From: Bacteroidota bacterium | Lineage (GTDB): Bacteria; Bacteroidota; Bacteroidia; M30B66 | Length of the DNA stretch: 64,000 nt | NCBI GenBank assembly: GCA_947460255.1 | Contig: CANHIS010000001.1 | Coordinates: 12,113-76,112 of the forward strand | Direction: 5' to 3' | Part shown: one piece after another, positions 18,670 to 28,041 of the stretch | Layout of the letters: the number at the start of each line of letters is the position of its first letter | How positions within the stretch are numbered: position 1 is the first letter of the stretch | Translations under genes and position numbers: made by a program | The notes under the pieces: generated by a model | Databases searched by the model: none | What the model saw: the letters and a program-made list of their open reading frames with translations, nothing else | What the model was told of the DNA's origin: nothing

Positions 18670-21093
18670 CTATCTTAATTCAGCTCCGAGCTGTTCTGTC
18701 AAGGCTTTAATCAATCGTTCCATCGATTTCTCAATGTGTTTGTCGGTGAGCGTTTGCTCTTCATCCTTAAACACAAACGAAACAGCATATGATTTCTTCC
18801 CTTCAGGGAGTTTGTCGCCTTGGTAAACATCAAAAAGATTCACTTCCCGCAACAATTTTCGCTCCGCTGAATAGGCGATTCGTTCAATTTGATCATATGA
18901 AATAGATTGATCAATGAGCAAAGCCAAATCTCGCCGAACCGATGGAAATTTCGAAACTTCACGGTATTGGATCTTCGTTGCACCGAAGTTTCGCAACATC
19001 AAATCCCAATTACATTCAGCAAACCAAACTGGTCCTTGAACGTCGAAGCGTTTCAGCAAAGCACCATGAACACTGCCGATTCGGGCGAGCTCCTTCTCCC
19101 CTTTCCTAATCGACCAAGCTTGGCTGTAAGAAGGATCTTCAACCAAAACTCCCGATAACAGATTAGCATCCAAACCACACAATTGCAAAATATGCTGAAC
19201 AACTCCTTTTAGGTGGTAAAAATCGGTCTTGTTTTGCTTTCCTTGCCAATGTTCTGGCTTGTCGTTTCCATAAATAAGCAAAGCCAACCGTTGCTTTTCT
19301 GCATATCCTTCGCCTTGCTTGAAATAAACTTTCCCCCATTCAAACAACTGAAGATCTGACTGTTGGCGATTCTTGTTCCAAGCAATATTCTCCAACAATG
19401 CTGGAATCATGCTCATCCGTAAAATATCAAGCTCCGAACTCAATGGGTTAGCCAACTTTACAGCTTGTTCGGCGCCCTCCGGGGAAAATGCAGCAAGTTC
19501 ACCCGGACTTAACGAATTATTCAAGGCCTCCATGAATCCGATTCCGCACAAATGATCTGAGATTCGATTTTTAATTTGAACAGGGTCAGGCTTCGGCGCA
19601 GGCGATACAGAATTACGAACCTGTGAAGGAATTGCGATTCGATTGTACCCATAAATTCTCAGAATTTCTTCGGTAACATCAGCAGATCCTTCCACACCAA
19701 CTTTGAAAGGTGGAATTTCCAAGTGCAGCCCGTCAACAGTTTCTTCCGATACATATATGTGTAATCTTTCAAGAATCTTTTTAGCCGCATCACGCGGGAT
19801 GGCTTCTCCAACCAAACGGTCCATGTCGGCCCAACGGTAAAACAGCTTCACTGGTTCTGCAGCAGTTGGATAAAAATCGGTTCCTCCTTGATGCAATTTC
19901 CCACCAGCAAGCGACACAATTAAATCGGCGGCACGTTGCAAAGTGTACAAGGTTGCATCAGGATTGGTACCACGCTCAAAGCGGAAAGATGAATCGGTTT
20001 TCAAGTTGTGGTTCCGCGACGATTTTCGCACCCAAACTGGATGAAAAGTGGCGCACTCAAGTAAAATCTCAGAAGTTAAACTGGTTACACCTGAATCGAT
20101 TCCTCCATAAATTCCAGCCATGCACAGTGGTTTTTGCGCATCACAAATCATCAAATCTTGTTCTGTAAGCTTGTGTTCCGATCCATCCAACGCAGTAAAG
20201 ACGGTACCTGGCAGACAGGTTTTCACAATAATTTTTCCACCTTGAATTTCCTGAGCATCAAATGCGTGAAGCGGCTGCCCCGTTTCGTGCAAAACATAAT
20301 TAGTTATGTCGACCACATTGTTGATCGGGCGCAAACCGATGCTCGTTAAAGCATTTTTCAACCACATCGGACTTTCAGCCACTTGAATTTCGGAGATTCT
20401 GATTGTGCTGTATCTATGAACGGCTTCGGTAGTTTCTACAGAAACCTGCACATCGTGACCATTACTTGAGAAGGTTGACTTTACTTCTGGTTTCAAAAGT
20501 TTCACCTCATTGTTTTCGTAAAGTACGGCCGAAAGATCGCGCGCTACACCAAAGTGAGATGCAGCATCGATGCGATTCGGCGTTAAACCAATCTCAAAAA
20601 CTTGATCGGTTGATACACCAAAGATTTCGGCAGCTGGCATTCCTACTTTTGTTTCGGGCGGCAAAACCAAGATACCGTCGTGGCTATGTCCTGTGCCAAT
20701 TTCATCTTCGGCACAAATCATCCCTTGGGAAATTTCTCCGCGGATCTTACTTTCTTTAATCTGAAATGATTCTCCCGAAATCGGATACAAAGTTGTTCCA
20801 ATAGTTGCAACAAGCACTTTCTGCCCAGCAGCCACATTGGGTGCGCCGCAAACGATCGAAAGCAATTCGCCCATTCCGACATCCACTTTTGTTAAAGAAA
20901 GTCGGTCGGCATTAGGATGCTGTTGACGATCCATTACCTCTCCAACCACTATACCTTTCAAACCTCCTTTGATACTCTCAAAAGATTCAAGGCTTTCTAC
21001 TTCCAATCCACAATCGGTAAGCAGCGGCGAAATTTCTTCAGGTGAAGGGGAAAAACTTAAGTATTGACGAAGCCAGTTGGCAGAAATTTTCAT
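18670..21093 (-). CDS. pheT: Phenylalanine--tRNA ligase beta subunit
   Basis: It is 807 aa. It has tRNA-binding, B3/B4, B5 and FDX-ACB domain patterns and is broadly PheT-like. Confidence 0.9.
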   Translation of the reverse strand: MKISANWLRQYLSFSPSPEEISPLLTDCGLEVESLESFESIKGGLKGIVVGEVMDRQQHPNADRLSLTKVDVGMGELLSIVCGAPNVAAGQKVLVATIGTTLYPISGESFQIKESKIRGEISQGMICAEDEIGTGHSHDGILVLPPETKVGMPAAEIFGVSTDQVFEIGLTPNRIDAASHFGVARDLSAVLYENNEVKLLKPEVKSTFSSNGHDVQVSVETTEAVHRYSTIRISEIQVAESPMWLKNALTSIGLRPINNVVDITNYVLHETGQPLHAFDAQEIQGGKIIVKTCLPGTVFTALDGSEHKLTEQDLMICDAQKPLCMAGIYGGIDSGVTSLTSEILLECATFHPVWVRKSSRNHNLKTDSSFRFERGTNPDATLYTLQRAADLIVSLAGGKLHQGGTDFYPTAAEPVKLFYRWADMDRLVGEAIPRDAAKKILERLHIYVSEETVDGLHLEIPPFKVGVEGSADVTEEILRIYGYNRIAIPSQVRNSVSPAPKPDPVQIKNRISDHLCGIGFMEALNNSLSPGELAAFSPEGAEQAVKLANPLSSELDILRMSMIPALLENIAWNKNRQQSDLQLFEWGKVYFKQGEGYAEKQRLALLIYGNDKPEHWQGKQNKTDFYHLKGVVQHILQLCGLDANLLSGVLVEDPSYSQAWSIRKGEKELARIGSVHGALLKRFDVQGPVWFAECNWDLMLRNFGATKIQYREVSKFPSVRRDLALLIDQSISYDQIERIAYSAERKLLREVNLFDVYQGDKLPEGKKSYAVSFVFKDEEQTLTDKHIEKSMERLIKALTEQLGAELR

Positions 21094-21129
21094 GAGAATT
21101 CGGGTAATAAATCAGTTTTCAATTCGGAA

Positions 21130-22452
21130 TTAGTAGCGCAACCAACGGAGCATTTCTCTCCAAGTTGGACGCTTACCATACATTAAAATACCTGTGCGGT
21201 AAATTTTTCCAGCTGCCCAGGTTGTAAAGATGAAGCCAAGTATGAGCATGCCCATCGAAAGCAGTAGTTCGGAATAATGCACACCAAATGGAAGCCGCAC
21301 CATCATGATGATTGGGGAGGTAAATGGAATGATGGAAAGCCAGAAGGCTAAGCTCCCATTAGGATCATTTAGCACTGTTTGAGCCATCACGAAGGAGAAA
21401 ATGAGTGGAGCAGAAACTGGCAACATAAATTGTTGCGTATCAGCCTCACTATCAACAGCTCCTCCAATTGCGGCAAACATGGCTCCATAAAGTAAATATC
21501 CACCAAGAAAATAAAAGATAAAACAAGGAATCATCAACCCCCAATTTATTCGAGCAACCTCGTTTACAACTTGTTGGGTTTGGCGAAGCTCATCGAAATC
21601 TGCCACAGAAGTACCATCCGGACTTTGCTTCATGAGGGCTTCCATTTTGTCGGGACTTAACTTATCCTTCACAACAGTAGCCATAAAAATTGTGTAGATG
21701 GAACCTGTAAGAACGACCCAAAGTAGGAATTGCGTAAGTCCAACAAGTGCGATACCGAGGATTTTCCCCATCATCAACTGGAAGGGTTTCACCGAGGAAA
21801 TGATCACTTCAACGATTCGATTGGTTTTCTCTTCAATTACACCGCGCATCACTTGAGCGCCAAAAAGGAAAATGAAAAGGTAAATCAAGACACCACCAAT
21901 CATTCCGAGAGCGGTATTCATTTCTACACCTGAACTTGCTTCGCCTTTTAATGGGATGATGTCAAGCGGCACATTTACAGTTTTCTTCACATTGTCGACC
22001 AAGTCTTGATCCACACCTTGTGATTGAAGTTTCAGTCTTTCGATTTGTTTTTCGATCTGATTCCTTACGAACAACTTCATGCTGAGCGACACCTGTTTTG
22101 CAGAATACAACTTGATTTGACGCTGTAAATGGTTGATGTCGTTATCTTGAAATTTCGGAATATGGACCAATGCAAAGTATTCTTCAGAGTCTAAAGTGGC
22201 CAAAGATTTTTTTAGCGGGGTTCGGGTGTAGAAAAACTTCACGTCGTCGTTTTCTTGCAGTAAACCTTCGATAAATCCTGCTTCATCAAGAACCAGAACC
22301 TTTTTTACCGATACATTCACCGAAGCCATCCACACGGGCACAATCATGATGGCGCCCATAATGAGCGGCCCAAGAATGGTCATGATCAAGAAAGATCTTT
22401 TCCTTACCCGAGTAAGGTATTCTCTTCTGATAATTAGTCCGATTTTGCCCAT
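21130..22452 (-). CDS. ABC-2 type transporter permease
   Basis: It has an N-terminal TM segment, a large extracytoplasmic loop and then a 5-TM bundle. It is adjacent to an ABC ATPase. Confidence 0.7.
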   Translation of the reverse strand: MGKIGLIIRREYLTRVRKRSFLIMTILGPLIMGAIMIVPVWMASVNVSVKKVLVLDEAGFIEGLLQENDDVKFFYTRTPLKKSLATLDSEEYFALVHIPKFQDNDINHLQRQIKLYSAKQVSLSMKLFVRNQIEKQIERLKLQSQGVDQDLVDNVKKTVNVPLDIIPLKGEASSGVEMNTALGMIGGVLIYLFIFLFGAQVMRGVIEEKTNRIVEVIISSVKPFQLMMGKILGIALVGLTQFLLWVVLTGSIYTIFMATVVKDKLSPDKMEALMKQSPDGTSVADFDELRQTQQVVNEVARINWGLMIPCFIFYFLGGYLLYGAMFAAIGGAVDSEADTQQFMLPVSAPLIFSFVMAQTVLNDPNGSLAFWLSIIPFTSPIIMMVRLPFGVHYSELLLSMGMLILGFIFTTWAAGKIYRTGILMYGKRPTWREMLRWLRY

Positions 22453-22454
22453 GA

Positions 22455-23381
22455 TTATTGGTTGTTGGGTTGAACTGTTCTAATAAAGATTTCGCTCATC
22501 GATGGAATTACTTCGTTGAAGGAAACAATTTCACAACTAGGCATTACTGCCGCAAAGAGATTGTTTACCGTGTTGTTGCCTGTTAACCGAAGCGTTACAC
22601 TACAATGGTTATCTACTTGTTTTCTTTCAAGCAGTTCAGCACCTGTCCAAAGTGCATTTGTAAATGAGAGCATATTTCCAATAAACTCCATGCGATATGT
22701 TTGAGTACGAAACTGCTTGCGGATATCGGCAACTTTTCCATCGAGAATTTTTTGGCTTTTGTTGATCAATGCAATGCTATCGCATAGTTCTTCAACAGTC
22801 TCCATTCGATGCGTAGAAAATATAATGGTAGATCCGTTTCTGCTTAATTCTAAAATTTCATCACGAATCAAATTGGCATTTACAGGGTCAAATCCAGTGA
22901 ATGGCTCATCAAATATGAGGAGTTCAGGTTCATGCAGAACAGTAACAATGAACTGTACTTTCTGCGCCATGCCCTTTGAAAGTTCTTCTACTTTCTTGTT
23001 CCACCAACCTTGAATTTCGAATTTCTCGAACCAATTGCGCAACTTTTTCCGTGCAGTGGCACTATCTAAACCTTTAAGTTGGGCAAGATACATGCACTGC
23101 TCTCCCACTTGCATTTTCTTGTAAAGGCCTCTTTCTTCTGGCATATAGCCAATTCTAGAAACATGTTCGGGTTTAAGGGTCTCACCATTAAAAAACACAT
23201 GCCCCTCGTCGGGCGCTGTAATTTGATTGATGATACGGATAAGTGAAGTTTTCCCCGCACCATTTGGACCTAGCAAGCCAAACACGCTGCCTTTTTCAAC
23301 CTTGATGCTAACATCGTTAAGTGCAGTGTAATTCCCGTAGGTTTTTCGGATGTTTCGGGCTTCAAAAATGGGAACGCTCAT
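22455..23381 (-). CDS. ABC transporter ATP-binding protein
   Basis: Walker A (GPNGAGKTS), the signature LSKGMAQK and Walker B (LLIFDEP) are present. Confidence 0.9.
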   Translation of the reverse strand: MSVPIFEARNIRKTYGNYTALNDVSIKVEKGSVFGLLGPNGAGKTSLIRIINQITAPDEGHVFFNGETLKPEHVSRIGYMPEERGLYKKMQVGEQCMYLAQLKGLDSATARKKLRNWFEKFEIQGWWNKKVEELSKGMAQKVQFIVTVLHEPELLIFDEPFTGFDPVNANLIRDEILELSRNGSTIIFSTHRMETVEELCDSIALINKSQKILDGKVADIRKQFRTQTYRMEFIGNMLSFTNALWTGAELLERKQVDNHCSVTLRLTGNNTVNNLFAAVMPSCEIVSFNEVIPSMSEIFIRTVQPNNQ

Positions 23382-23460
23382 AGGTTGAAAGTCCTTAGAT
23401 AATCACATAAAAAATAAGCCTGCCGGGGATTCCTGACAGGCTTCAAATATAAGGTTTGTC

Positions 23461-24606
23461 TTAGTGAAAGTACTCTTTTACCCGATCAAAGAATGACTTT
23501 TCCTTTTTTCCGGGTTGAGGTTGGAAATTTCCTGCTTCACGAAGTTTCTCAAGGATCAACTTTTCCTCTGTAGTGAGGGTTTGTGGTGTCCAAACATTTA
23601 CATCCACCATCAGATCTCCACGTTGATAGCTATTTACTTCTGGCAAACCTTTTCCGCGCAAGCGATACACTTTACCCGATTGGGTGCCAGGATCAATTTT
23701 GAACTTGGCTTTTCCTTCTAAAGTTGGTATTTCTATAGACGTGCCTAGGGCTGCATCTGCAAAATTGATATAACAGTTGTAGTAAAGATTATTGCCGTCA
23801 CGTTTAAGTTCGGCATGTTCAACTTCTTCTATACTTACGAGTAAATCACCTGGAATGCCTCCGCGAGGTGCAGCATTTCCTTTTCCGGCAACATTGAGTT
23901 GCATTCCTTCTCCAACGCCAGCAGGAATTTGAATTGAAATGATATCTTCCTCTCTGGTTATTCCGTCGCCGCTGCAAGTTTTGCACTTGCTTGCAATGAT
24001 TTTCCCTTCACCATCACATGCCGGACAGGTCGCGGTGGTTTGCATTTGCCCAAGAATAGTATTGGTAATACGGTGCACTCTTCCTGCTCCATTGCAGGTT
24101 GAACAAGTTGAAAACGAAGAACCTTTATCGGCACCTGTACCAGTGCAAGTTCTGCAGGATACAAACTTGTTTACCTTGATTTTCTTTTCCACACCAGTAG
24201 CGATTTCCTCCATGGTGAGTTTTACTTTAATTCGGAGGTTGCTGCCACGGTTTACTCTACGACCTTGGCTTTGACCGCCGAAGCCACCAAAACCTCCTTG
24301 GCCAAAAATATCTCCAAATTGGCTGAAGATATCGTCCATGTTCATTCCGCCACCGCCAAATCCTCCACCTCCAGCTGAGGCACCACCCGCTTGATGGCCG
24401 AAACGGTCATAACGAGCACGTTTATCGGGATTACTCAATACTTCGTATGCTTCAGCAGCTTCTTTAAAATTGTCTTCAGCAGCTTTATCGCCAGGGTTCT
24501 TATCAGGGTGATATTTCACCGCCATCTTGCGGTAGGCCTTTTTCAGCTCTTGCTCGTCGGCGTTTTTAGTAACACCTAAAATTTCATAGTAATCTCTCTT
24601 TGCCAT
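23461..24606 (-). CDS. dnaJ: Molecular chaperone DnaJ
   Basis: It has a J domain (YYEILGV ... HPDKN), a G/F-rich region and four CxxCxGxG zinc-finger repeats. Confidence 0.95.
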   Translation of the reverse strand: MAKRDYYEILGVTKNADEQELKKAYRKMAVKYHPDKNPGDKAAEDNFKEAAEAYEVLSNPDKRARYDRFGHQAGGASAGGGGFGGGGMNMDDIFSQFGDIFGQGGFGGFGGQSQGRRVNRGSNLRIKVKLTMEEIATGVEKKIKVNKFVSCRTCTGTGADKGSSFSTCSTCNGAGRVHRITNTILGQMQTTATCPACDGEGKIIASKCKTCSGDGITREEDIISIQIPAGVGEGMQLNVAGKGNAAPRGGIPGDLLVSIEEVEHAELKRDGNNLYYNCYINFADAALGTSIEIPTLEGKAKFKIDPGTQSGKVYRLRGKGLPEVNSYQRGDLMVDVNVWTPQTLTTEEKLILEKLREAGNFQPQPGKKEKSFFDRVKEYFH

Positions 24607-24617
24607 CTTGGTGTTTA

Positions 24618-25325
24618 TCAGCTTCCAACTACAACTTTGGCAAAGCGGATTACTTTACCATTGAGTGAATATCCTTTTTCGAGTTCATCGATCACTTTCC
24701 CTTTCAGAGACTCGTCTGGTGCCGGTATTTGTGTGATTGCTTCATGTAAATCAGCATCGAACTCTTGCCCTTTAGCGTTCATTTCTTCAAGTCCACGATT
24801 TGTCAGAATGCCCTTCAACTTTTGCGAAATAAGCAGCATTCCTTCTTGAGCAGGATTTGATTCACCTGAAGCTTCAAGTGCTTTTGATGCTCGCTCGAAA
24901 TCGTCGAGAACAGGCAGAATGGCAGCAAAAATGTCAGAACCTGCCGTTTTGATTAAGTCAGCGCGCTCCTTTATGGTGCGTTTGCGGTAGTTGTCGAATT
25001 CCGAATACATGCGGAGGTAGCGATCATTTATGTCTTGATACTTGGCTTCCCAATTAGCGAGCGTTGCTTCTTCTGCATTTAGAGCTTCCGGATTGAGAGA
25101 CTCATCTGTCGTAACTGGCCCTTCGGCAACAATTTGTTCTTGTGTACCTGAATCATTCATAGATTGAGCAGGTGCTTCCATCTGTGGTGTTTCGGGAGCT
25201 TTTTCTTCGGCGTTCATTTGACTAAAAAATTTTCTGATCCTGTTTTTCATCGGATTTCGCGCGGCATTTGCAACCTTAGTGCCATGCACCGATTTGCGAC
25301 AATATGACATGAAAAAAGCAGGCAA
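24618..25325 (-). CDS. grpE: Nucleotide exchange factor GrpE. The start is uncertain; ATGs at 25250 or 25220 are alternatives.
   Basis: The C-terminal GrpE pattern is present ([28 protein letters not shown] ... [17 protein letters not shown]). It lies adjacent to dnaJ. Confidence 0.85.
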   Translation of the reverse strand: MPAFFMSYCRKSVHGTKVANAARNPMKNRIRKFFSQMNAEEKAPETPQMEAPAQSMNDSGTQEQIVAEGPVTTDESLNPEALNAEEATLANWEAKYQDINDRYLRMYSEFDNYRKRTIKERADLIKTAGSDIFAAILPVLDDFERASKALEASGESNPAQEGMLLISQKLKGILTNRGLEEMNAKGQEFDADLHEAITQIPAPDESLKGKVIDELEKGYSLNGKVIRFAKVVVGS

Positions 25326-25364
25326 TCTTTTGAAGAATGCCTGCTTTAAAGGTTTACTTAAAAC

Positions 25365-25916
25365 TTATTTCGCAAGTTGCTTATCAAGTTCGGCTTCAAG
25401 GGAAGCGCCACGAAGGTTCTTAGCGAGGATAATTCCTTTGCCATCAAGCAAGTAATTCATTGGAATAGAATTTACGCCATAAATAGCAGCAGCTTGCGAA
25501 CTCCATCCCATCAAATCGCTCACGTGATTTTCCCAAACCAGACCATCTTTCTGAATAGCCTTTTCCCAAGCTTCTTTCTTCATGTCGAGAGAAACATTGT
25601 AAATGGTAAAGCCTTTTCCAGAAGTGAATTTTTGTTTGTTGTATTTGTTGTATGCCTTCACAACATTTGGGTTTTCCATGCGGCAAGGACCGCACCATGA
25701 TGCCCAAAAATCAAGAAGTACAACCTGACCACGAAGTGAAGAAAGTTTAATTTCTTTTCCCGCTGGAGTTTTAAATGCTAAGTCGGGTGCTTGATTGCCA
25801 ACATTTAGCCCAACAATAGGCTTTGGTGCGTTTGAACTGAAATTAATTGCTAACATGCTGCCTGCAGTGATAAAGGCAAGCAAAAACAATGACCAAAAGA
25901 TTTTATTTGATTTCAT
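25365..25916 (-). CDS. TlpA-like thiol-disulfide oxidoreductase (thioredoxin fold), signal-anchored
   Basis: WASWCGPC is a CxxC active site. It has an N-terminal TM segment. Confidence 0.8.
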   Translation of the reverse strand: MKSNKIFWSLFLLAFITAGSMLAINFSSNAPKPIVGLNVGNQAPDLAFKTPAGKEIKLSSLRGQVVLLDFWASWCGPCRMENPNVVKAYNKYNKQKFTSGKGFTIYNVSLDMKKEAWEKAIQKDGLVWENHVSDLMGWSSQAAAIYGVNSIPMNYLLDGKGIILAKNLRGASLEAELDKQLAK

Positions 25917-26016
25917 GAAATGATTTTATGGAAACGCGAATTTACAAAAATAACGCCAAGCTTTTTAGCTTCTTCGAAAAGTGAAAATGGATTAAATTTT
26001 AGGTAGCAAAGCCATT

Positions 26017-27321
26017 TTACTTGCGCTTAATCTCTGCACCGATAGCTCTCAAACGGGTATCGATATTCTGGTAGCCACGGTCGATTTGCTCAATATTGTC
26101 AATTATCGAGGTGCCTTCCGCCGATAGCGCGGCAATAAGCAAAGAAACACCTGCACGAATGTCAGGAGAAGTCATTCTGATTCCACGTAATTTATACCTG
26201 CGGTTGATGCCAATTATTGTGGCTCTGTGTGGATCGCAGAGAATAATTTGAGCGCCCATGTCGATGAGTTTATCTACAAAGAACAAACGGCTTTCAAACA
26301 TCTTTTGGTGAATCAGCACCGAACCGTTGGCTTGCGTGGCTACAACCAATACAATTGAGAGTAGATCGGGTGTGAAACCAGGCCATGGAGCATCGGCTAC
26401 TGTTAAAATGGAGCCATCGATATATTTGTTAATCGTGTAGCTGTCTTGTTGCGGAATCACAATATCATCACCATCACGGAGCACTTCGATACCTAGACGG
26501 CGAAACACATCTGGAATCATACCCAAATGGTCGTAGCCAGTGTCTTTGATGCGAATGTTCGACTGTGTCATGGCTGCCAATCCAATGAACGAACCAATTT
26601 CGATCATGTCTGGAAGCATGCGATGTTCACAACCTCCCAGTTCACGAACGCCTTCGATGCTCAGAAGATTTGATCCAACACCAGAAATTTTCGCGCCCAT
26701 GCTGTTGAGCATCTTACACAATTGCTGGATATATGGTTCGCAAGCAGCATTGAAAATTGTGGTAATACCTTTTGCAAGGACAGCTGCCATCACAATGTTT
26801 GCAGTGCCTGTAACTGAGGCTTCGTCGAGCAGCATGGCGGCTCCACGAAGTTCCTTTGCTTCAACTTTATAAAAATTCTCAACACTGTCGAAGTCGAATT
26901 CGGCACCTAGATTTTGGAATCCAATAAAGTGTGTGTCTAGTCGACGGCGACCAATCTTATCTCCACCTGGCTTAGGAATGTAGCCACGGCCAAATCGAGC
27001 AAGTAACGGACCAACGATCATAACAGATCCACGGAGTGCTGCGCCTCGTTTTTTAAAATCTTCGGAGATGAGAAAATCTACATTTACATCATCAGCTTGA
27101 AAAGCCCATGAGCCATTTCCAAGGTTTTCTACCTTTACACCAAGTGCACCGAGAAGATCGATGAGTTTATTTACATCGACAATGTCTGGTACATTGTTAA
27201 TAACGCAGCGCTCTGCCGTTAACAAGACTGCGCAAAGGATTTGTAGAGCCTCATTCTTGGCTCCTTGTGGGGTGAGTTCACCTGAAAGGCGCTTACCTCC
27301 TGTTATTTCGAAACTATTCAT
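26017..27321 (-). CDS. murA: UDP-N-acetylglucosamine 1-carboxyvinyltransferase
   Basis: It is 434 aa with an EPSP-synthase-fold pattern and is MurA-like throughout. Confidence 0.9.
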   Translation of the reverse strand: MNSFEITGGKRLSGELTPQGAKNEALQILCAVLLTAERCVINNVPDIVDVNKLIDLLGALGVKVENLGNGSWAFQADDVNVDFLISEDFKKRGAALRGSVMIVGPLLARFGRGYIPKPGGDKIGRRRLDTHFIGFQNLGAEFDFDSVENFYKVEAKELRGAAMLLDEASVTGTANIVMAAVLAKGITTIFNAACEPYIQQLCKMLNSMGAKISGVGSNLLSIEGVRELGGCEHRMLPDMIEIGSFIGLAAMTQSNIRIKDTGYDHLGMIPDVFRRLGIEVLRDGDDIVIPQQDSYTINKYIDGSILTVADAPWPGFTPDLLSIVLVVATQANGSVLIHQKMFESRLFFVDKLIDMGAQIILCDPHRATIIGINRRYKLRGIRMTSPDIRAGVSLLIAALSAEGTSIIDNIEQIDRGYQNIDTRLRAIGAEIKRK

Positions 27322-27326
27322 GCGGA

Positions 27327-27977
27327 TCAGTAGCTATTACTTGTGCCGAATTTACGCTTGAATGGTTTCTGTTTTTGTTTGTTGCGATTAAACTTCTTAC
27401 CCTGTCCTTGTGAATAATTTGCTGTTAACACCTCTGTAGCTGCTCCCAACTGAGTGCCATCAGGCATTTCAAGCGTTCCAGCAGAAAGATCTTTAAGGTC
27501 TTTAAAAATTATATCATCAGCCACGGAATCGCGGTTCCAAGCGAGATAAGATTTTTTCAAATGGTGCGCAACAGCACTAACCATCGACATTTTAAGTTCT
27601 GGATCTTCGATTTTCTTGGCATTATCAATCATTTTCTCAATGATCTTTCCGTAATGCCGATACCGAATATGGTTGTTTGGATATTGTAAACTTGAAGGCT
27701 TTGTCGAAAGGCTCTCTCGAGAAGGTATCGGGTAAGGAGAATCAACATCCAAACGGAAATCCGACATGATAAACAAGTGATCCCAAAGTTTATGTCTGAA
27801 ATCATTTTGATCTCTCAAATGCGGATTGAGTTGCCCCATAACAGCGATGATTGCTTTGGCTGCAAGGTTTCGTTGTTCTCGGTCTTCGATCGCACAGGCG
27901 TTATCGATCATTTTTTGAATATGCCTACCGTATTCGGAGATGATCAGCTTAGGTCGCTGAGAATTGTACTGCATCAT
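27327..27977 (-). CDS. DUF4290-like protein containing an internal tandem duplication
   Basis: Two homologous ~70-aa halves are present (GRHIQKMIDNACAIEDREQRNLAAKAIIAVMGQL and YGKIIEKMIDNAKKIEDPELKMSMVSAVAHHLKK). I recall this family lying upstream of murA in Flavobacteriia. Confidence 0.5.
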   Translation of the reverse strand: MMQYNSQRPKLIISEYGRHIQKMIDNACAIEDREQRNLAAKAIIAVMGQLNPHLRDQNDFRHKLWDHLFIMSDFRLDVDSPYPIPSRESLSTKPSSLQYPNNHIRYRHYGKIIEKMIDNAKKIEDPELKMSMVSAVAHHLKKSYLAWNRDSVADDIIFKDLKDLSAGTLEMPDGTQLGAATEVLTANYSQGQGKKFNRNKQKQKPFKRKFGTSNSY

Positions 27978-28041
27978 AGGTTAAGAGTGCCTGAAATAAA
28001 AAGCATTGGTGCTAAAATGGCTGTAAAAAACAGCGAGATTA

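Noticed and set aside
21130-23381. Considered GldA/GldF gliding-motility ABC transporter
   Set aside because: The permease is a 440-aa ABC-2 type protein with a large N-terminal loop, unlike GldF (~240 aa), and no GldG-like gene is adjacent. It was kept as a generic ABC-2 exporter.
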